Under the pieces are notes generated by a model. It was not told the DNA's origin. It made no database searches and worked only from the letters and a program-made list of their open reading frames with translations. From an uncultured bacterium (GTDB lineage Bacteria; Actinomycetota; Acidimicrobiia; Spongiisociales; ZC4RG35): a DNA stretch of 64,000 nucleotides. The stretch spans positions 387,407 through 451,406 of the forward strand of contig CAVUYZ010000003.1 in assembly GCA_963745865.1 (NCBI GenBank), written 5' to 3'. Shown piece after piece: positions 58,971 to 64,000 of this stretch. The first letter of the stretch is position 1. Every line of letters starts with the position of its first letter. The translations under genes and the position numbers were made by a program.

Positions 58971-59802
58971 TCAGTACAGGCCATTGGCGAGGCGACGACG
59001 GGTCGCTGCCACGACCGGGTCGTCGGAACCGAGCAGCTCGAACAGATCGAGCAGGACCTCTCTCGCTTCGTCGGATTCCGGCTCGACGCGCTCCCCGATG
59101 ACCGACATCAGACCACTGATCGCGGCCTGATGATCTCCGGAGGCGGCGAGTGCTCGGGCATATGCCAGGCGGTCGGACGGCGATCCGGATTCTGCGGCGG
59201 AGGCGAGCGCATCGACGTCTGCATCGACATCGCCCAGCCGGGCAAATGCCTGGAGTTGCCTGACCGGCTCGGTCGGAGCCAGTCGGGCGAGGACCTCGAG
59301 TGCCCCGGCGTGGTCGCCGGCGTCGATCATCGATCCTGCGAGCGAAAGGCCGGCATCCTCATGGGTCGGGTCGCGCTCGAGCACTGCCCGGTAGATCTCC
59401 ACGGCCCCCGCGACGTCGCCCTGGTCGAGGAGATCGTCGGCTCGCAGCGTGACGAGATCGAGCTCCGAGGGGAGCAAATCGTCGATGAACTGGCGGACCT
59501 GTGGCTCGGGAACCGCTCCCGTGAAGCGATTCACTTCCCGACCTTCTTTGAACGCCACGACGGTCGGGATGCCCTGAACGCCCAGTTGTTGCGCAATCTC
59601 CGGGTTTGCGTCGACATCCAGCTTTGCGAGGAGCCACCGACCTCCTCCTTCTTGGGCGGCGCTTTCGAGTACCGGGCCGAGCGTCTTGCACGGGCCACAC
59701 CATTCGGCCCAGAGATCGACCACGACCGGGATCTGGTGAGAGGCGCGAAGCAACCGAATCTGCGAAGTCGGCGGTGGTGACATCGATGACGCTGGAGACC
59801 AT
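58971..59802 (-). pseudogene. Thioredoxin-domain + TPR protein (YbbN-like); one apparent +1 frameshift at about 59752
   Basis: MVSSVIDVTTADFADSV continues in another frame as LRASHQIPVVVDLWAEWCGPCKTLGP... followed by TPR-like repeats. Confidence 0.7.
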
Positions 59803-59920
59803 GACCGAGAATCTAGCTCTCGGCAGGGTGTACGGATCTTCGACAACGCCGAAGCGGACCGCGATGTGAGCGGGTCTGCCGTGGGTATGCTTCGAATGCG
59901 ACGAACCGAGAGGACCGTTC

Positions 59921-60805
59921 ATGCCCCCATTCGGCCGCGTGCTGACTGCCATGATCACGCCATTCACCACCGATGGCCACATCGACGAAGACGCGGTGGC
60001 CCGACTCGCGAGACATCTGATCGACTCTGGCTCGGACGGTCTCGTCGTCGCCGGAACGACCGGCGAGTCACCGACCCTGAGCGCGGACGAGAAGGTCGGG
60101 CTCTTTCATTCGGTCAAGCGGGCGGTGGGTGAGCGAGCACTGGTCGTCGCCGGAACCGGCACCTACGACACCGCCGAGTCGATCGAGCTCACGAAACGGG
60201 CGGCAGATGCCGGGGTCGACGGGATCCTCGCCGTCACGCCGTATTACTCGAAGCCAGAGCAGCGAGGTCTGATCGGCCATTTCTCGGCGATCGCCGACGC
60301 CTCCGAGCTTCCCGTGTTGCTCTACAACATTCCCGGGAGGACAGGACGGTTGATCGAGGTGTCGACGCTGGTCGAACTGTCGGGTCACGACCGGATCGTG
60401 GCCGTGAAGGACGCCGTCATGGACATCGACCACACGTCTGCGACAGTGGCCGCCGCACCGGATCTGGCGGTCTACTCGGGGCAGGACTCGTACACGCTGG
60501 CAATGATGGCTGTCGGGGCGATCGGGGTCGTCTCGGTGATCTCCCACCTTGCCGGCCGGACCGTCGCCGAGATGGTGGCGGCGGCAGAAGCCGGGAATCT
60601 CGAGCGAGCGCGTAGGCTTCACCACATCTTGCTGCCACTCAGCTCAGCTGCGTTCCTCGAATCGAATCCCGGCCCGATCAAAGCCGCGATGTCCGCGTTC
60701 TGGGCGCCGGTGGGAGCACCGAGAGCGCCACTGTCTCCGGCAACTGACGAGACGGTCACCGCGATTGGAGCGGCGCTCAACGCCCTGCAAGACGCGACGG
60801 CATGA
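59921..60805 (+). CDS. dapA: 4-hydroxy-tetrahydrodipicolinate synthase
   Basis: 294 aa with MITPFT...VVAGTTGESPTLS...YNIPGRTG. Confidence 0.9.
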   Translation: MPPFGRVLTAMITPFTTDGHIDEDAVARLARHLIDSGSDGLVVAGTTGESPTLSADEKVGLFHSVKRAVGERALVVAGTGTYDTAESIELTKRAADAGVDGILAVTPYYSKPEQRGLIGHFSAIADASELPVLLYNIPGRTGRLIEVSTLVELSGHDRIVAVKDAVMDIDHTSATVAAAPDLAVYSGQDSYTLAMMAVGAIGVVSVISHLAGRTVAEMVAAAEAGNLERARRLHHILLPLSSAAFLESNPGPIKAAMSAFWAPVGAPRAPLSPATDETVTAIGAALNALQDATA

Positions 60806-60845
60806 CCGCCGCACAACCCACCGTCTTCGATTTCTGGAGTTTTGT

Positions 60846-62477
60846 ATGAGTGTCCGTATCACGTTCTTGGGTGGACTCGGCGAGATCGGCCGCAACTGTG
60901 CAGCCGTCGAGATCGAGGGCAGGATCGCGCTCATCGACTGCGGTCTCATGTTCCCCGAAGAGGACATGCTCGGCGTCGACCTGGTCTTCCCGGATTGGAG
61001 CTGGTTGATCGAGCGGGCGGACGACGTCGAGTTCGTGCTGCTCACCCACGGCCACGAAGACCACATCGGGGCCCTTTCCTACTTCCTGCGGGACATCAAC
61101 GTTCCCGTGTATGGGACGCAGTTGAGCCTCGAGTTGGCTCGAGGACGGATCGAAGAAGCGGGGATCCAGGCGCAGCTGCATCCCGTGAATCAGTTGGAGT
61201 GGCGCAAGCATGGTCCGTTCAACTTCAAGCTCATTCCCGTGAGTCACTCCGTCCCCGATGCGTCGGCCGTCGCCCTCGACACGATCGAAGGGATGATCGT
61301 CCACACCGGCGACTTCAAGCTCGATCCGACTCCGATCGACTCGAAGCCAACCGACCTGGCGGCGTTCGCCGGGCTTGGTGACGTGCGCCTGATGCTGTCG
61401 GACTCGACCAATGCGGAGAACCCGGGATTCGTGCCTTCAGAGAGCTCGCTGGGCGATCCGATCCGTGACATCATCCGGGACAGCCCCGGCCGGGTGATCG
61501 CCGCGTGCTTCTCGTCACATGTCCATCGGGTCCAACAGATCGCCGACGCCGGTATCTCAACAGGACGCAAGGTCGCGTTCTTCGGTCGGTCGATGCATCG
61601 CAACACCGATGTGGGCCGCGAGCTCGGGGTGCTCGACATCCCCTCGAGCGAGATTCTCGACATCAAGGACCTGATGAGCCTGCCCCCGGAGCGGCAACTG
61701 CTGATCACGACCGGAAGCCAGGGCGAGCCGTTTGCCGCTCTCTCCTTGATGGCACAGGGACGGCACAAGTTCGTCGATCTCAATGACACCGACACGATCC
61801 TGATCAGTGCGACGCCGATCCCCGGAAACGAGACGGCCGTCTCGAAGGTGATCTCCCGTCTCATCAAGCGGGGAGCGATGGTGTTCCACGGTCGGAATGC
61901 CAACGTCCACGTCTCGGGTCACGCCAATCGCGAGGAGTTGCTGACGATGCTGAACGTCGTGCGGCCGGAGGCGTTCGTCCCGGTACACGGCGAGTATCGC
62001 CATCTGGCGGCTCATGCCCGGCTCGCTCGAATGATGGATGTGCCATGGGTCGATGTGCTCGAGGACGGGGACGCGGTGATTGTCGATGGCAACGAGACCC
62101 GGGTCGAGCGCCGGGCGGTCGAAGCTGGATACGTCTTTCTCGACGGCGACTCCTACGGCGAGGTCGAGCGTGGGGTGCTGCGAGATCGCGGCCACCTCGC
62201 CGACGAGGGCGTGGTCGTGGTCACCGTTGCCGTGAACCATGAGACCGGAGCGATCGTGTACGGGCCGGATCTCGACAGTCACGGGGTGATGGGCCAGCCG
62301 GATGGAGTGTTGGAGAAAGCCGGGGACGCGGTTCGAAGTGCCGTTCAGGATCGCTCGGGTGCCGGCACGTTCGACATGTCAGCCATCCAGCAAACGGTCA
62401 AGCAGGCGGCGCAGAAGGTGCTCAGGGCCGAGTTGTCCCGCAAGCCGGTCATCATCCCGGTGGTCATCGAGCTGTGA
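60846..62477 (+). CDS. rnj: Ribonuclease J
   Basis: Start at ATG 60846 (MSVRITFLGGLGEIGRNC...). It has THGHEDHIG and a beta-CASP region. The 5' part of the 642-aa track ORF overlaps dapA. Confidence 0.9.
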   Translation: MSVRITFLGGLGEIGRNCAAVEIEGRIALIDCGLMFPEEDMLGVDLVFPDWSWLIERADDVEFVLLTHGHEDHIGALSYFLRDINVPVYGTQLSLELARGRIEEAGIQAQLHPVNQLEWRKHGPFNFKLIPVSHSVPDASAVALDTIEGMIVHTGDFKLDPTPIDSKPTDLAAFAGLGDVRLMLSDSTNAENPGFVPSESSLGDPIRDIIRDSPGRVIAACFSSHVHRVQQIADAGISTGRKVAFFGRSMHRNTDVGRELGVLDIPSSEILDIKDLMSLPPERQLLITTGSQGEPFAALSLMAQGRHKFVDLNDTDTILISATPIPGNETAVSKVISRLIKRGAMVFHGRNANVHVSGHANREELLTMLNVVRPEAFVPVHGEYRHLAAHARLARMMDVPWVDVLEDGDAVIVDGNETRVERRAVEAGYVFLDGDSYGEVERGVLRDRGHLADEGVVVVTVAVNHETGAIVYGPDLDSHGVMGQPDGVLEKAGDAVRSAVQDRSGAGTFDMSAIQQTVKQAAQKVLRAELSRKPVIIPVVIEL

Positions 62478-62935
62478 CCCGGGTGGCAGTGGCGGCGTCG
62501 CTGCTGCTCGTGGTGGTTGCCTGCGGAGGTGAGCCGGTCACGCTCGATCCCAACGGCGTTGCGATCGTCGACGAGACCGGAGATGCGCTGGGGCCGGGCG
62601 GTCCGGTCAGGCTGCGTGGCGCACCGGAATGCGGCGCAGACACGGTGGCGCTCATCGAGATCGAATACCCACTCGGCGATCTCGCGCCGGGAGAGGTGCG
62701 GACCTACGTTCGTGACCCCGATTCGGTCATCCCTCCCCAGTTGCTCGAGGCGCCGTATGACTATCGGAGCTCACTCTCCTCCGAGACCCGCTTCACGGGC
62801 TACGAGACGGATCGATTCACCATCTGGCTTGGCGCCGACTCGGACCAATACATCTACCTGGTCGACGGTCCCCGGGTGGAGGCGTGGCCCCGGGTGGAGG
62901 GCCTCGATTGCGACAGTTTCCCTCTCGACCCATGA
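62474..62935 (+). CDS. Hypothetical lipoprotein
   Basis: It has a signal peptide with a lipobox (AASLLLVVVACGG). GTG overlaps the rnj stop. Confidence 0.55.
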   Translation: MTRVAVAASLLLVVVACGGEPVTLDPNGVAIVDETGDALGPGGPVRLRGAPECGADTVALIEIEYPLGDLAPGEVRTYVRDPDSVIPPQLLEAPYDYRSSLSSETRFTGYETDRFTIWLGADSDQYIYLVDGPRVEAWPRVEGLDCDSFPLDP

Positions 62936-62942
62936 GGGATGC

Positions 62943-63562
62943 ATGAGCAACTGGGTGCTCGAGGTGGCGGACTATCGGCGCCGAGTCGCCGAGAACTACG
63001 CAGGTGCGCGATCGGCCGGGTCGGGCGCAAGCGCATGGACCGCATGGAGAGAGCGCCGTGACCTGCTGATCGGATCACATCCTCAGAGCCCGCTGCCCCT
63101 GGAGCGACGCACACCGGGGTGGGACACGCCGTTCTTCCCATACGATCCGACATGGCGGGTCACCGCTCCGCTTGTAGAGATCGACGACCCGGTCGTGCTC
63201 GAACTTCCTCACTCGTCGGAAGGGTCGACGCGGCTTCGTCGAGATCGGCGTTGTCAGCTTCGAACACGCGGGACGCTCACACAGGTTGTCGGTCTTCTGG
63301 CTCGACGAGTACTCCGGTGGCATCTTCATCCCGTTCCGGGATACCACCTCGACCGAGACGACCTATCCCGCCGGCCGATACCTGCTCGACACGGCGAAGG
63401 GCGCCGACCTCGGATCCGAACGACGGTGCCCTGATCCTCGACTTCAACTATGCATTCCACCCCTCGTGCGCCTGGGATGCGGTCTGGTCCTGCCCGCTGG
63501 CGCCTCCCAGCAACCGGCTGGACATCCCGGTTCAGGCCGGAGAGCTCCTCCCGCTCGGTTGA
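62943..63562 (+). pseudogene. DUF1684-family protein; two apparent +1 frameshifts (about 63237 and 63412)
   Basis: MSNWVLEVADYRRRV...FFPYDPTWRV...SSEGSTRL continues as VEIGVVSFEHAGRSHRLSVFWLDEYSGGIFIPFRDTTSTETTYPAGRYLLDTAKGADL. It then continues as DPNDGALILDFNYAFHPSCAWDAVWSCPLAPPSNRL... Confidence 0.7.
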
Positions 63563-63703
63563 TCGGCATCGGTCGTTCCGGCGTGCGAGCCCGTTGGAGG
63601 ATCGGTCGCCGAACAGCGATTCCAGTCTCTCGCGCTCACCGCGGCGAAGTTCGCGCTCTGAGTCGTTGGATTCGTACGTGGAGGTCGGTAACCTGACCGG
63701 GAC

Positions 63704-64000
63704 ATGGCTTCCAAGACACCCACCCGGAAGGGCAGCCGTGGGCGGAAACGGGTGTCCAACGCACAGAAGAAGACCAAGAAGACGACCTCGAGGTCGTCCC
63801 GACGCCCGGCTGCCAAGGCTGGGCGCACAGGCCGCTTCACGCTGGAGACGGCCCGGGACTTCCTGCGGGAGCGCCTCGGCCGTCAGGCCGACGACGTATG
63901 GGGAATGATCCTCGTCGTCTTCGCCATCATCATCACTCTCTCGTTCTTCGGGCAGGCAGGCCCCGTCGGGCGCTTCCTCGACTCCGGACTGGAGTTTCTC
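63704..64000 (+). CDS. ftsK: DNA translocase FtsK, N-terminal fragment (continues beyond the window)
   Basis: Starts at ATG 63704. A basic N-terminus (MASKTPTRKGSRGRKR...) is followed by a first TM segment (DVWGMILVVFAIIITLSFFGQAGPVG). It sits in the conserved position after dapA-rnj. Confidence 0.65.
   Translation, partial: MASKTPTRKGSRGRKRVSNAQKKTKKTTSRSSRRPAAKAGRTGRFTLETARDFLRERLGRQADDVWGMILVVFAIIITLSFFGQAGPVGRFLDSGLEFL

Overview
GC-rich, actinobacterial-type chromosomal window with about 60 protein-coding genes. By eye I found no rRNA, tRNA, CRISPR array, transposase or integrase. The actinobacterial assignment rests on several things: TCGAAC-N4-GTTCGA SOS boxes, an imuA'-imuB / dnaE2 mutasome, an lhr-nei operon, F420/FO-synthase genes, a mycothiol-type DinB-like enzyme, and M16-dapB ... 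dapA-rnj-ftsK synteny.

Main content:
- DNA-damage genes: Fpg/Nei x2, imuA'-imuB, dnaE2 and lhr. The two mutasome loci each carry a perfect LexA box.
- Metabolism and transport: fused IcmF mutase, three ABC exporters, FO synthase cofG/cofH, an LLM oxidoreductase, flavin reductase, dodecin, and an AroQ-hydrolase fusion.
- A long minus-strand gene run at 47.5-54.6 kb. It contains a CobT-like vWA and CobS-like AAA+ pair with unusual Walker motifs.

Sequence-level features not explained by genes:
- A 61-nt direct repeat, with 9-bp inverted termini, brackets a 2-kb disrupted antiporter immediately upstream of dnaE2. A degenerate third copy lies just after imuB.
- A 13-nt x3 tandem repeat fills the imuA' leader.
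- A GC-rich long-palindrome element occurs at three gene 3' ends.

About 20 apparent single-base frameshifts are concentrated in 9 genes. By my hand translation 18 are +1 insertions and 2 are deletions, mostly in short homopolymer runs. This points more to assembly indel error than to real gene decay, but it cannot be decided from the sequence alone.

I do not see a clear-cut novel multi-gene system. The best candidates for follow-up are the repeat-bracketed dnaE2 upstream region and the CobS/CobT-like module. All coordinates and motifs come from manual reading, and no database search was run.
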